A program made the translations under genes and the position numbers. The notes under the pieces were generated by a model. That model saw only the letters and a list, made by a program, of their open reading frames with translations, had not been told where the DNA came from and made no database searches. Below, piece by piece: positions 38,036-51,696 of a stretch of DNA of 64,000 bases; the first letter of the stretch is position 1, and the number at the start of each line of letters is the position of its first letter. Source of the DNA: Lama glama (taxonomy: Eukaryota); the NCBI GenBank assembly GCA_028534125.1, contig CM052817.1, positions 102,116,001-102,180,000 of the forward strand, read 5' to 3'.

Positions 38036-39189
38036 TGCCTACTCAAGGAACTTGAACATCTTTACAAAAGGATGGTCCAAATTCTGTCAAGTAAGCAACA
38101 TTTCCTAGAGCTTCAACACTAGACGTCTTGGAAGTATATCAAGTCACCAGAAAACATCAACTGTGCTGCCTTGGTCAGGCCTTACTCCCGCAGCAGCAGC
38201 CCTGGCTGGCGGAACGGGGGGTACACCTCATAATCCGAGGTAGTCCGGGCCGGCACAGGGCCGTGGGGTGATCACAATCCACCCAGGCACAAACCCTAAG
38301 TCTACAGATGAAACTAACATTTTATTTTCTGGTGTATTTGACATCTGCCCTGAACAGGGCTGTGTGGGGCAGCTCTCTTGTTCAAGGAACTCCATTCTCT
38401 TCGTTGGTGTGTTGGACAATTGGCCATAAGTATTAGTGAAATGAAGGATTTCTGCAGCTTTTGGCAAAAACAATGATCAGTTTTCTAGGCATAAAAAGGT
38501 AACATCCATTCAATTTATTTATTTTAAGTCAAATCTGCCCTCTTATAACTCCAACTCCTTGTTCTTGTCTCCCTCGGACATTTAGTGAAATCTGTCTTAT
38601 TTCTCTTTGGCGTAACATGTCATCAATAACCAAAGCCAAGTATCTCACTGGACCTGCCCCAGGCACAACATCCCCATTTTCTTCTTATCTGACATGATTT
38701 TATGTCATTTCACTTGCAGTTCCTTTCTCCTGAGCACGCTCCAAGTTGATCAGGGAACACATGGTTCCAGAGACAATCCGACTGTAACAAGGAAGAGTTT
38801 GAACACTCTTTCTTGGAATACTTACAAAATCCGAACGTAACCAAACATTATCACACCAGCTTTTAGCGGCCATGTGAAAATTGGTGTCCACACTGGTTTG
38901 GTGTTCCATCAAGGCTCTCAATACTCAGCACACTAATTTCTAAGTCAGATCCTTCCCTTCAATAACAGATTAGCTTCCAGTCAAGTCTATGCTTGATTAA
39001 AAACCACAACTCAGATAATACAAAAGTGTCTGTCTGCAGAAGAAAATGAAAAGTCTCTCTACCCCCAATTATTCCCCACTCCCTGTGTGTATAATCTTCC
39101 AGAGCTAACTCAGCTTCAATTATTGAGAAATATTCAATTATTGAGAAATATTATTGAGAAATCACTCCTGGTGATTATGACAATGAAGA

Positions 39190-39690
39190 GATTATCAACT
39201 AGACCGCAAGCTGGTCTTCCTGCTTCAGACTGACTCCTTCTAAACCATTTTTCAGACTTGCATTAGAATTGTCTCCCTAAAATCCAAATCTAGACGTATC
39301 AGTGCTTCGCGCAGCTTTCAGGTGACGTCCTCATGCCTCATCACAACAACCAAGCCACTCAACAGCTAGCGCTCTTTCCCACCTCCGTGGCCCCATCTCA
39401 CCACTCTCTGTACAGGGCCTTCTGCTCTCGACACAGTGGACTATTTCTAACTTCCAGGATAGACCTTGCTTTTTCCATTTGGATCGCCGTATATCCCTCC
39501 TGGAACAACTTCTTCACCCTCTTTGACTGAATGATTTCTACCCCTATTTGAAAGCACAGCTCAAGTTTCATGTGGTACAGGGGGCCTTCTCTTAGCTTCC
39601 ACTTTGCTTTCGCTACCACTCTCCTGTGATCCCACAGTGGCCTGTTACAAATTTACCACATTGTACTATAACAGTTTTTATCTTTTTAGC
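39190..39690 (+). mobile_element. L2 fragment
   Basis: ctggtcttcctgcttc...tccctcctggaacaacttcttc...cagctcaagtttca pattern. Confidence 0.55.
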
Positions 39691-40688
39691 ATTCATTCAC
39701 TTACTCATTCATTTACTCGATGGCTTATAAATAAAATCAAAAGGCAGCGTTTTGAAAATACATAAACAACTCAGTATTCATAATAAATACGGAGTTCTAT
39801 AAGGAAGGTGAAAGAATACAAATAAACCAAAAGTCAGGTTCGCAGTGGGTAAGGGCAGGTAACCCAGATCATAAAGAATAAGCTGGGAACAAATATGATG
39901 GTACTCAAACTCATTAAAAATAACGGAAATGCAAAATTAAAAACAGCTTCCTCTTGTTTTCACCTCCAATGTTTGCTAAAATGTTTAAGTGATAATATGC
40001 AGGGTTAATAAAGGGTGTACACTGTCCAAAAGGCATGTCAGCAATGTTTATCCAATAGGAAATTATTCATATTCAAGAACCTAGAAATATACCCTGTATA
40101 TTTCATAATATATGTACATAAGTGCTCTGTATATACATATATATAATATACATAAAATATATGTACATAGGTGTTCTGTAAACATACATAATATATATAC
40201 ATAAGGGCTCTGAAATAAATGGACAGGCTGTCCTTTGCAACACTGCAAACGACTTTAGTGTCCTTCAAGAACAGTAGGAAAGGTTCACTATGTAGCTCCC
40301 AAAATGAATAAACGAAAGATATATGTTCTTATCTAAAATTTTATATGTTATGTTTTATATGAAAAATGAGTTGTAAAGAAGAATCTATAGTATAATCCAG
40401 TATGTTAAAAAAAATTGGTAATCCTTAAACGTTTAAAAAATGGCATATCTCTACTGTGAAAAATTCACGAAGTGCTGCTAAGGGGCAGTGTTAGATTACG
40501 GAACAATATGTAACGTAAAATCATAACCACTAGTGCGTACACCTTGTGTGCACACACACACAGAAATAGGCACACTGGAAAATATGGAAGGGTCTGAGCA
40601 ACTATGGAGAGAGCTCATCTCTGTGGGGTGAGATTAGGGACAGACCACTTTCTACTCGTACGTTACTGTAGTTTTAATGAGCATATGC

Positions 40689-41018
40689 GCTATGGACTGA
40701 ATTGTATCCACCCAAAATTCGATACGTTGAAAGCCTAACCCCTAGCATTGCTGTATTTGGATTAAGAAAGTAACTAGGGTTAAATGAGGTCATAAGGGTA
40801 GACCCCTGATCCTAAAGGATTAGTGTCCTTGTAAGCAGAGACAACAGAGAGTTCACTCTCTCCCCGTCATGTGAGAACACGAGTCTTCACCAGGAACTAA
40901 ATCAGCCAGGACCTCGATCTCAGACTCCCAGCTTCCAGAAATGTGAGAAATAAATGTCCATTGTTTACAACACCAAGTCTGCGGTATTTTGTTACAGCAG
41001 CTCGAGCTAAATAAAGCA
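40689..41018 (+). mobile_element. MaLR LTR (MLT1A/B-like)
   Basis: gctatggactgaattgtatcc.cccaaaattc...gttaaatgaggtcataaggg...ccagcttccagaaatgtgagaaataaatg...gtattttgttacagcagc. Confidence 0.85.
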
Positions 41019-43499
41019 CAATGTGAACTTTGTAATTAGAAATTATATATATATGTATATGTAATGTTAAAGATATTCAGAAAAAGAAGATACGCTTATT
41101 ACCAAAAAATTATACCACCTCTGTTTAAAACTTGTATACTTGCATACTATGGTGAAGATCTAGACTGGACATTAAAATATGTATTTTAAAATAATTGCAC
41201 AAAAGTCTTCTCCAAAAACAGAATTCTTTTTTATTACATAAAAGTCTTCAAGGATGCACAACAATGGAAATGTCAGAAGAAGCAAATGAAGATATTTAGG
41301 AGAAGCTGGATTCAGTTAAATGAATCCCTGAGGTTGAGGTAAACGTGCTCTGTAGAAATTATCTACATGTGATTCCCAGATGCAAACAAAAATAATGTTA
41401 CCAACGCTCAAATTACTAGCAAAATGGGCCCCAACAACATATGGGCGTATTGTGAAGTCTAATAAAATTAATATCTGTACTATATTCACTCAATTTAAAA
41501 GCATTATCTCTGGTAAAAATCATCTAGGGTTTAATGAGCCCCATCCCCAAATTTCCAAACTGGTATTTTAAATGGAGATAATTTCATAATGAAGTTTGGG
41601 GTCTCAATGATTTGACAATGGGGAGCATTGTCAAATGCAACACACAAGTTATACATTATTTTCATTATTTTATCCTTGACGCCACACAGAATGTTATTTC
41701 CTGTAGCAAAATTAGCCTTCTCATTTTTTAAACCAAATTTCACTGAAGAATGTCCACCTCATTTGTCATACTGCTGGTTGTCAACAAATTTGAAGGGAAG
41801 GAAAAGGGAAGAGAAAGAGAGACACGTGGCAGATACAGAGGGTTACACAAATATGACTTTGTCAAGAAATTTCACATGGAAGAAACATATACCAACGGAT
41901 CAATAACTAAACGCCAACAAAGTTGATTGGTAAGAACTGGCAGTTTCAGCCGAGCATGCGGCAACACACTTAAAAGCTACGTGTAAACAGTGAAGCACCG
42001 CACAATGTAAGCTATTGTAACCAGCGCTTGGCGTGGAACTTTGCATCTAGTAGCCATTCACAGAAATGAATTCATGTGGGGCAGGGTCAGGAGTCTAACT
42101 TCCCAAAGGGGAGTGCCTTGTTTAGGAAAAAAATTTCAAGTCTTTTAAAACAAATAACATTATATAAGTGCCTGACCATACAAGGTAATTCCTTCCAATT
42201 TCATTTTTTCACTAGGTTGTAAAAGAAAATGCCCATTATCTTACCCCTCTGGGTCTCATTTTACCAAAGTCTCAGAAGGATGGCCACTGCTCTAGGGTTC
42301 TGCAGTAAGATATTTTACTCACATGTACACACACACATATACACACACACATTTATATATGTACATACATGTACACACACAAATATCTATATATACCTAC
42401 ATATACATGTTTGTGTGTATATATATTTTTAATATGTGTGTATTATATATATGTGTGTGTATATATATATAATATAAATGTTGATCTATCCAAAATTCCT
42501 CTGTAACTATGGGAGAGTCAATGATGCATGAAGAAGAAACCTATTCATTAATGCTAAGATCCAATTACTTTCTCCATATCATCATGAATGTCATTGATTT
42601 GTGTGAATGCCCAGGGACTGTCATGGTTTTACCTTCCTCATTTATAAATCAGGAGGACGATAACCCCTCAGCAATCTTAGACAGGATGAGTTACTGTCTG
42701 AAAATGTTCAATTCTTGAATAACTCGTTCAGAAGCCCCAAATTTTAGGATTTCTAAAGTTTGTCAAAAAAAAAGTTTATGAAACGAAAGTATTGTACTTA
42801 ACTAATAATAACAAACCAAAGGAAGGCAACACCAGTGGGAAACACACTTGTCTTTGGATGTGCATGGCTTTGTTGCACTGAGACGAAACGGTCAATGATG
42901 GAAAGACCCGAGCAGGGCCGCTCAGTCATGTATTCGGAGATGCGTGTGCTTACATATTCATATCCTTTTTTGTTTATCTAAACGTATGACAAGTACTTGT
43001 TTCAGTCAGGAGCCAATCAGGAAAACAGAAACCACTCTAGGAATTTCAGAGGCTATTTAGTCAAAGAAATTGACTACACTTGCATGTGAAGCTAAAGGAG
43101 TAAGAAGGGGCAGAGGAGTAGTAACTACAGGAAGCAGGGAGCTTCTCCAAGGCTGCAGAAACACAAAGGGAGAGGCAGTGGTACTACCTCTGCCGCAAGG
43201 AAGAGGAAGATGAGCTGCAATGGGTCTCAGAGTTCTGGGGTAGCACTGAACGGATGGTACCCAATGCTCCAAAGCATCTCTTTGCAGCTAATATTCAAAT
43301 GTCTGAGAGAGAGTGACTCACAGGTGGTGTTCAAACCTTCAGTGGCAAGGCCAGCAGGGGCTCAGATCACCTGGGGGAAGGCACGGTGAGGGTGGTGCTT
43401 ACTGCCCAAGGGGCCACTGCAAGGCTGGTGCAGCTGGTGGTGGCCCCTCTGAGGGGAGTGTGTTTGCATCAACAGGAAAATGAGAAACTGACAATTAGA

Positions 43500-43720
43500 T
43501 ACAGAAGTGAAATCTTTGAATAAAGACACACAAAGATAAAATCTTAGAGCAACAAGAGAAGACTGAGAACCTCTAAAGGAATAAGATTTAGACTGACAGC
43601 GGACTTCTCAATGGCAACAACAGAGGTCAGAAGTTAATGAAGTAATATTGTGAAAGTTCTGGAAGAAAACCACTGCCTATCTAGAATTTTCTACCCAGAA
43701 AAGCTATTTTAAAGGATGAA
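43500..43720 (+). mobile_element. L1 ORF1/HAL1-like fragment
   Basis: agactgacagcggacttctca...tgaaagttctg...ctagaattttctacccag (RLTADFS...KVL...RIxYP remnants). Confidence 0.7.
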
Positions 43721-43723
43721 CAT

Positions 43724-44170
43724 TGTATCAGTCAGAGTTTTCCAGAGAAACAAAAGCCAATAATGGAAATAGAGAGATAGAGATAGAGGTGAGAGAGAGA
43801 GGGAGAAAGCAAAAGAGAGAGAAGATAGACGGGGGGGGGGAGAGAAGAGAAATTCATTTTCAGGAACTGGCTCATGTGGGATCTCAAGTCTGGAGTTTAT
43901 AGGGCTGGCAGCCCAGAAATGCCTGCAGGAGTCAATATCACAGTCTTGGTCTGAAAGCAGTCTCTTTCTTGGGGGACACAGCCTTTTCTCCTATGGCCTT
44001 CAACTGATCAGATGTGGCCCATCCACATTATGGAAAAGTATCTGCTTTACCAAAATACTACTGAGTTAAATGTTAATCACATCTAAAAAACACCTTCACA
44101 GCAATGTTTAGACTGGTATTTGATTGAAAAATAGGTACCACAGACTAGTCACAAGCATAAAATAAGACCA
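43724..44170 (-). mobile_element. MLT2-type ERVL LTR
   Basis: tgtatcagtcagagttttccagagaaaca...ggaactggctcatg...aatgttaatcacatctaaaaaacaccttcacagcaa. Confidence 0.82.
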
Positions 44171-45289
44171 AGACAGACAGATAATTTACCTCTTAAAAAC
44201 CGTCACTGAAAGAATTACTAAAGGGAACAACTGTTTTCTGAGACTAGGTACACTGGCCAACCCTCCTCCTGAAAGCAAGGGTTGTGAAAAATATAAAAAT
44301 GCATCCTCTTAAATGCAATAAAAATTTGACAACAAAGCACTTCAAAAATTAAGTAATATCAGGAACAGTGGGAATATGCAGCACCCTGAATTCAGCTTTG
44401 ACCTTCAGATTATTTACCAGACCCTCGTGTCCTTGAACTTTTCTTTTAATGACTTTGTGGAACTTAGGAGCAGAAGACAAGACCAGAGCCTTTGGAGATG
44501 GGAGCAAGTTGGAGACGGAGCATCTCAGGGCAGTTCCTCTGATAAAATTAGATCCACAAAGGTTTTCAGTGTAAGAGAAAATTAGAAACAAACCCCTGCT
44601 TCCACAAGGAACATCTGACTTGAAACCTGGTGCTACACAGAGGGGTAAAAACTCCCTTTGAGCATTCCTAAACATAAGCCAGCCTTCATACCAGCTTGTA
44701 GCCTAATCCACAATGTAGGATGATGTGAAAATTTTTGAGCTAAGAATTTAGTTTAAAACAATACAGACCATTACTTCCCTAGAGCACTTGGTCAAGAGAA
44801 GCAAAAACACTTTCCAGAAGAACTCACCCAGTGTTCAAAGAACTCATTCAGATAAAGATCCAAGCCTGCAGTAGGAAAATCACACAACATACGAGGAAAT
44901 ATGTTAACATGAGACAGGTTTGGACTCAGAAAGACTTCAGAAAATATGAATGGACAAAATGCTCTAGTTAAAAGACAGAAATTGTACAACCATATATTGT
45001 TTATAAGAAACATAACTGAAGCAAAAAGATATGGATAGGATGCAACTGAAAGATGGGCGACTGGATGTCACCTCCATCCTCACGCCCCTTGACTCCTAAG
45101 GTCTATCTGATACACGATATCCTCGTGCTCTTGGACTGACTCTCTCCTTTGGTTATGTTATAGTATCTTTTTGCCTTTCCTAACAATTCGTTGGGCTCTG
45201 ACCACGGTCCTTCCTACTGCTCAGACTTCTAGGTCCTTCCTACTGCTCAGACTTCTAAGCACTTCTCTCGTTAAGTACAAGGCCTTTGT

Positions 45290-45492
45290 TCTACTCTCTG
45301 AAGGATCTCAGCGGGTGTCCCCAGCCGCCTGCATCAAGATCACCTTGGCTACTCATAGAAACAAATATCTTTCAGGCTCTAACCTAGATACTCTGATTTC
45401 TAGAAAGAGTATAGAAGTGGGGAAGGATGGAGGAACTGTGTTTCCAACGCTCTCTACCAGTAATTCTTATGTGCTCTATTGAAAACCACTGC
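45290..45492. mobile_element. MER5-like MITE
   Basis: tgcatcaagatcacct...taattcttatgtgc...ttgaaaaccactg. Confidence 0.55.
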
Positions 45493-46596
45493 TATATATT
45501 ATTTTCATCAAAATATTCATATGTTTTGTGACTTCAGCTGTTACTTTACCCATGTATCTCCCCATGTCCTCTCACTTGATTAAGTTCTGTGCCTTTATCT
45601 AGGTTGGCACTTCCTCTGGGGGACTTGTCAACTTGACATCAGCTGGATCATTGATCATGTAGTTAAAATTAAGGAATTACGTATGACTCATCCTCTCTCT
45701 TTTATAAATCAAGTTAATCACCATTCCTATTTTATTCTCCTTTTAAAATATTCTCAGATTAGCTCTTTCCTGTCTATTTTTATTACTATCTCCTTAGTAC
45801 AAATTTTATTACTTTACCCCTAGTTTATAATGATAATTTATATATTATTATATATTTTCTGTTAATTAATAGATACTTTCTCTGTTCAAATTTTCTAGTC
45901 TTTTAATTCACCTACCACACTACTCCCATTTTCCTTAAATACCACCATGACACGCTGCTGCTCAAAAACCTTATTATTCCTTGTTTCTTGTAACAGACAA
46001 GTATAAACTTTCTCAAGCTTTTAAATTCCTTCATAAGCCCCCGTACTCAATATAGCTGTGCATCATTCTGTAGTACATCTCTCCACTTTACATACGCTCA
46101 TCTCTTACTGTCATAAATATGTGTAACAAGTGTTTGGGCAAAGCACAATTCATGGGATGCAGTCTTGAACCGCCTTTTTTTCTCCTATTTTATGTTGTCC
46201 AGCCAATGGTTCTTTTTCTGCCCTTCTGTGAAAATTCAGGAAGCTCCTACAACTTCCACAATCATTAGCAACCAATTGAAATTCCTTCCGTTGCTTAAAG
46301 TCACAAAACAGTCTCAATTTAATCCTTAGAATGTACATGTCCACATAAATACCAAAACCCGAAACTTGAGTGAAAGTTCAGGTGGGGCACGGGCTGCAAG
46401 GAAGAAGTCGCTGGCTTTTTCTCTGTTTCCTCATCTTGCCCTCCTCCTCCTCCTCTTGGGTTTCTGGACCATCTAGGACTGAAGCAATGGGAAAGGAGGG
46501 GAGGAAAGGAGGAACATTTTCGTTTGACAGGCACTCATGGTCTGTGATCTTAGGCCTGGGCACTTGTTTAAAAATCACCTTCTCTCATCCAAGTGC

Positions 46597-46780
46597 TAAC
46601 CAAACCAAATTTCTTCTGTATAGCACAGGGAACCATAGTCAATATCTTGTAATACCCTTTAATGAAAAAAAATATGAAAATGAATACATGTATATATATG
46701 CATGACTGGGACATCACGCTGTACATCAGAAACTGACACATTGTAACTGACTATACTTCAATTAAAAAAAAAAACAAAAA
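46597..46780 (+). mobile_element. L1 3'UTR tip
   Basis: ttctgtatagcacagggaaccatagtcaatatcttg...ctatacttcaattaaaaaaaa. Confidence 0.88.
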
Positions 46781-48537
46781 CGCTTTCTCTCCTGAGTGCT
46801 TTCATGGCTTTTTGCAGGAGAAAGCTTCCCTCTTCTCATCTGAGGCTGCCTTAACAGAAATGAATACATCCCTCTTCTGACCGTTCACTCACTCCTTCCC
46901 TGAAAAGCTGGCGATGCTCAGACCATACCCTCTGGCCCTTCTCCAGGTAGGACCTAACAGAGCTCCTCACCAGCTCTCTCAGTCACAGACGACCCACATC
47001 CAGGAGAAAACCGCAAGTACTCTGCCCCACAAACTCCTGGAGTGCAGTTTGTCTTCACTCCAGAAACCTCTCCTTCATTCCACTGTCAACATTCCTGCTC
47101 TAGATTTTTCAGGGGAGAGACAGACTGGAGTCTGTTAGCCCCGAACTCCAGGGAACACACTCAGTTCTCTGGCTAGTAAAATACAGGTACCCAACCTGGG
47201 GGAACCCACAAATCAACAGCAGCTCTCTCCAACTTATTAACCCTTTTATCTCCAATTTATCAATCTTTTGTACTTTTGACAAGGTCGGTAAAGTTCAGAA
47301 GAATAATGAAACTGGTTCTCAGGTACCTTCTTCATACATCCTGCATAAAGGCTAGGATCCCTATGGAATGTGGAATTTACTCCAAAACTTAGTATCCCGG
47401 CCCAAATTTCCATTTTAATTTCTTGTTACAAATGCTCTCCCTCTCCACGTCTTCATTTATGTTGTTCGCTTCTCCTAAATCACTATCCGTCCTTCTCCCT
47501 CTTGCTCATCCAAATCTGAGCTATCGTGCGAGGTTCAGACCAAGTTCCACGATCCATGGTCCCTTCCCAGACTATTCTGGATTTTTCCAGAGCTCTTTCC
47601 CGAAGGCGTGCACAACCTGTAGTCATCGCTGTCGTCACTGCATGGATTTGCCCTTTGCATTTCCACTTCATGGAAAACAAATGCAAAGTCACCTTAATGA
47701 GACATGAGACTGTGACTCTGTGGCTGACAAACTTGATTGTATCTGAAACGTATCTTTTAAAATGTGCTAATTTCTTGCAATAGATAAGTTTAAACTTCTT
47801 TGTTGCACTTTTAAATAACCCAAATGATGGCTGATGAGTTCAGGAAAAGTAGGAAAAAAGAGAGGAAAATTCTAGACACACACATCCAGGTCCAGACCAT
47901 AGAAGAGAGGAGAGGACAGCCTCCCAGTGAGACGCAGAGTAATGCAGAGTGCTGTGAGCCAGCAGGCCTTCATAGTTTTGACCGGCCAGAACATCCTTAT
48001 GATGGAGAAGGGTCATCGGGTTATGTTAACCTGGTACCACTAAACATTAAAACGGTCCCATTCCCATCTTCACAACTCAGTGCTCCCTCGTAAACTCTCC
48101 CAGACTGACCTGGCTTTCTCCACAGCATCCCTGGACACGAAGCCTCAAGAATTCAGTTCCCATGATGGTTGTGGTTTTTCACTATAACCTGATCGTTGGC
48201 CTTCAGTTTGGCACATCGCTAGAAAGAGCTGGCTTAATCCATGTCTGAAGATAAAATAATTTAAATATGGAATACCATCTTCTGAGGAGTCTCAGGAGCC
48301 AGACAGCTGGGCTTTGTCTGGACAAATAACTCCATCACTGTGGGGCCATGCTCTCAATATTTGACCTTGGGAATGTAATTACAAAGTCTCTGGCCTTGCT
48401 TGCTCTATACGGTTGTTTTTCTGTATTTCCACGTATGTTCCCACAGATTTCTGTACTCTGGGCTGGACTGAGTGTCTATTTCTGTCCCAGTATTAAACTT
48501 TAAAACTCACTGTACTTTCATGAGATGGACTTTCAGT

Positions 48538-48915
48538 TTGTTTATTATTGAGATGTAACTGACATTTACTATTGTATTAGTTTTAGATGTACAACATGAT
48601 GATTTGACATATCCATTTCTTGTGAAATGATTACTGTGATAAAGTTAGTTAACATCGTCACCACACATATTTATTACAATATTTACACATTTTTTCCTGT
48701 GATAAGAACCTTTATGATTTACTCTCTCAGCAACTTTCAAATACACTATATGATATTGTTAACTATAGTCACCATGCTGTGCGTTGCAGCCCCAGGACTT
48801 ACTTATAACTTGCAACAGGAAGTTTGCACCTTTTGATCCCCTTCACTCATTTAACCCACCCCATCCCAACCTCACCTCTGGCAACCACCAATCTGTCCTC
48901 TGTGTCTGTGTATGT
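48538..48915 (-). mobile_element. L1MA-like 3'UTR
   Basis: tttactctctcagcaactttcaaatacac...ttaactatagtcaccatgctgt...cctctggcaaccaccaatctg. Confidence 0.8.
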
Positions 48916-50679
48916 ACGCAGCGCAGGTCACGCGCAGCCTGGAGACCATCACAAGGGTTTGGTCTTCAGCCAAAGAGCCGTGGAAAGACAGTCAAAGATT
49001 TTAGGCAGGGAAGTGAAACAAAACACAAATGTCTTTCTCCATCTGAACCAGGTCCATGTATATGCATTTTACTAAGCCTCTCCTGAGCCAGAGACTATAT
49101 TTTTGGCTTTCAAGGCCAGCTCTGTGTAGCAAAATAACTTCTACTAGACACCAGGAAGAAGCTGGTAAGTTTCTCTGAATAAGCACTCACCACCTAGAAG
49201 AGGGGTGTTCAGGGTTAGGTGTCTCCTATATACTCTATGTTTCAAAACCTTTTAAAAACATTCGACATAAAGAGGAGCTAGAAAACTCATTTACTTGAAC
49301 CCAACATTCTTAAATAGACCCAGCTGTCTATTAAAAGCCGAGGGGCCAGAAAATGTTGCTCTATAATACATATATTACATATAAATCTGCACACTTACTT
49401 ATGTAATAAATAATAAAACACTAAATAAAATCAACAGTTCTCTTTGCCCGTATATTTACCAGCTTAAAATTTCTGATACTGGATTTTAATACTTTGGAGT
49501 GTTTATTTGGCTCTCATTTTTTTTCATGACACTTGCAAATTATCATAAACCACCAGTTCAGGGGATCAACTATAACTTTAAAAAAATAAATGCTGAGTCA
49601 TTTACAAAGCTCTCATTATTTTATGTCTTAATTATGAGGGCTTAGATTTACACATACCAATTATAACATGCAATACTGTCTGTCCAGGTGCTTTATGTTG
49701 TCGCTTATTTAAATAGAGGGAACTGCTCGGTTGAAATATTTTTAATTGATAGACTAATAAGGGAATGTAAAGACCAAGGTCTTTTCTTAATTAAAATCTA
49801 ATATACACATAAAACCTTGTTCCTCTACTAATTAAGCAATGATTAGTTTTAGAACCAAACTTCCTGGAAAAGATGGGATGTTCTTCACCAAGTAGTACTT
49901 TGTGGTTAGAAAATAATCTGTAGGTCTTTACTAAAATTGTGAGCCATGGGGTAAGTTAAAAACAAAAGCAAGCACAAAATCATGACCTTCATCAAACATG
50001 GGGTCCATACAGGTAGTTTTCTCAAAAACAGAGAAAGACCAAAACCTACAGGAACTCAATGTCAGTCTCATTGGTTACTGATACTTACAGCGTCTCTCCT
50101 ATATTCTGTTTGTGAGACTATAGAAATTTATACACCAAACAGAAGACATTAGGCACACAAATCTGGTAACTAAGTTATACTGAGTGTACTGGAAAGGAAT
50201 AGGATGGATATTTTGAATTTGTCTATCTCATACTGACAACTAAAACAGTTCTTTAAAAAAAAGTACCTACTTTGGAAGATTTCACTGAATTCTGTTTATT
50301 CAATTGAAGAGAGTAAATCAATCAACAGATAATTATTATCTCAAATAGGCTTATATAAGAAGTCACAATGAGAGCACATTTTTCCATCTTATTTAGCTGA
50401 ATTAGTGGAACTTATGTTTATTATAGTTTTGTCTTTAGTTTTTGTTTGTTTTTTTAAAGCCATAATCACAGAAAGAGCTTCAAAGTGGAACTTTGAGAAG
50501 TCAAAGTGTCAGGTTTACTACTATGCGTTGAGCAAACCAGAAAGACTCTTAGGGTCTTCATCTCTTGATTTGTGGGTGGGCATAAAAACACCTGCCTTGT
50601 GTATCTCATACATTGATGTAAGGCTCAAACAGGCAATAAAGAGAAAAAAAAGTCAAAAAGTAGTCTGAGACGGAGCAGG

Positions 50680-50835
50680 ACAGGGACAGATCACAAGTCT
50701 AGGATGGGGTTCAAGTCCAACTATGCCATTTACCAACTATGTACCTTTAGGGAAGTCACGAAATCCCTTCCTGCCTCAGTTTCTTCCTCCACCAAATAAG
50801 GAAGCTGCATTGTAGGGTCCCTTCCATCTCCAAGA
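50680..50835 (+). mobile_element. MIR
   Basis: gggttcaagtcc...gtacctttagggaagtcac...tgcctcagtttcttcctc. Confidence 0.7.
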
Positions 50836-51536
50836 GTCTGTGATCTTATACTGGAAAAACTAATGAGGAAACTCTCTTAACATGATTCTGTTTCCTATGC
50901 AAGTGACATACACTGATTAGGTGCATGTGATTAATATGAGTTTCTATCTTGTAAATGGAAGAAAGTCATCTCTCTCTTTTTTTTTTTTTTGGCATGAGCA
51001 GGCTCACATCCCTTAAGAAATAAGATGTGATATTAATTTGTTAACTACATATCAGAATGTTCTGAATGTAGGAAGGTGGCGATCATGAAAACTTATGAGA
51101 ATCATTACATGATATGAAATCTGAGTATAAAACTACCATTAGAAGAGCATCTGCCCTTGAAATAAAGAAAAACAGACTTTGTGCTTCATGACTTATAATC
51201 CATGTTAAATCCACACACCCTGTACAAACAAGAGACTACAGCCAAACACAGGGCCTCACACAAAAAGAGATAAACCATGACAATTTAACCACAGGTAGCC
51301 CTGATGAAAGAGGTAACTGGGCAACCATAAATGACCAACACAAATGCTTGAAACCTGTCACCTTCAAATAATCTGAAATAGAAGTAATGTTCATTGCAGT
51401 GCAAAATTACTAAATAAATAGGACAGCACAAAAGCTAAAGAATTATTCTTTTTATGCTTCTAAAGAGAATCTCCAACAATGTAGGGAAAAAAATCCACCT
51501 ACAGTTCATAAAATGGAATTAAAAATACATGAAAAA

Positions 51537-51696
51537 TATAGCACAGGGAACTACATTCAATATCTTGTCATAACCTTTAATGGAAAAGAATATGAAAACA
51601 AATATATGTATGTATATGCATGACTGGGACATTGTCCTGTACATAAGATATGGACACATTGTAACTGACTATACTTCAATTAAAAAAATAGGTGAA
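51537..51696 (+). mobile_element. L1 3'UTR tip with a 16-bp TSD
   Basis: TSD aaaaatacatgaaaaa at 51521-51536 and 51697-51712. Confidence 0.9.
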
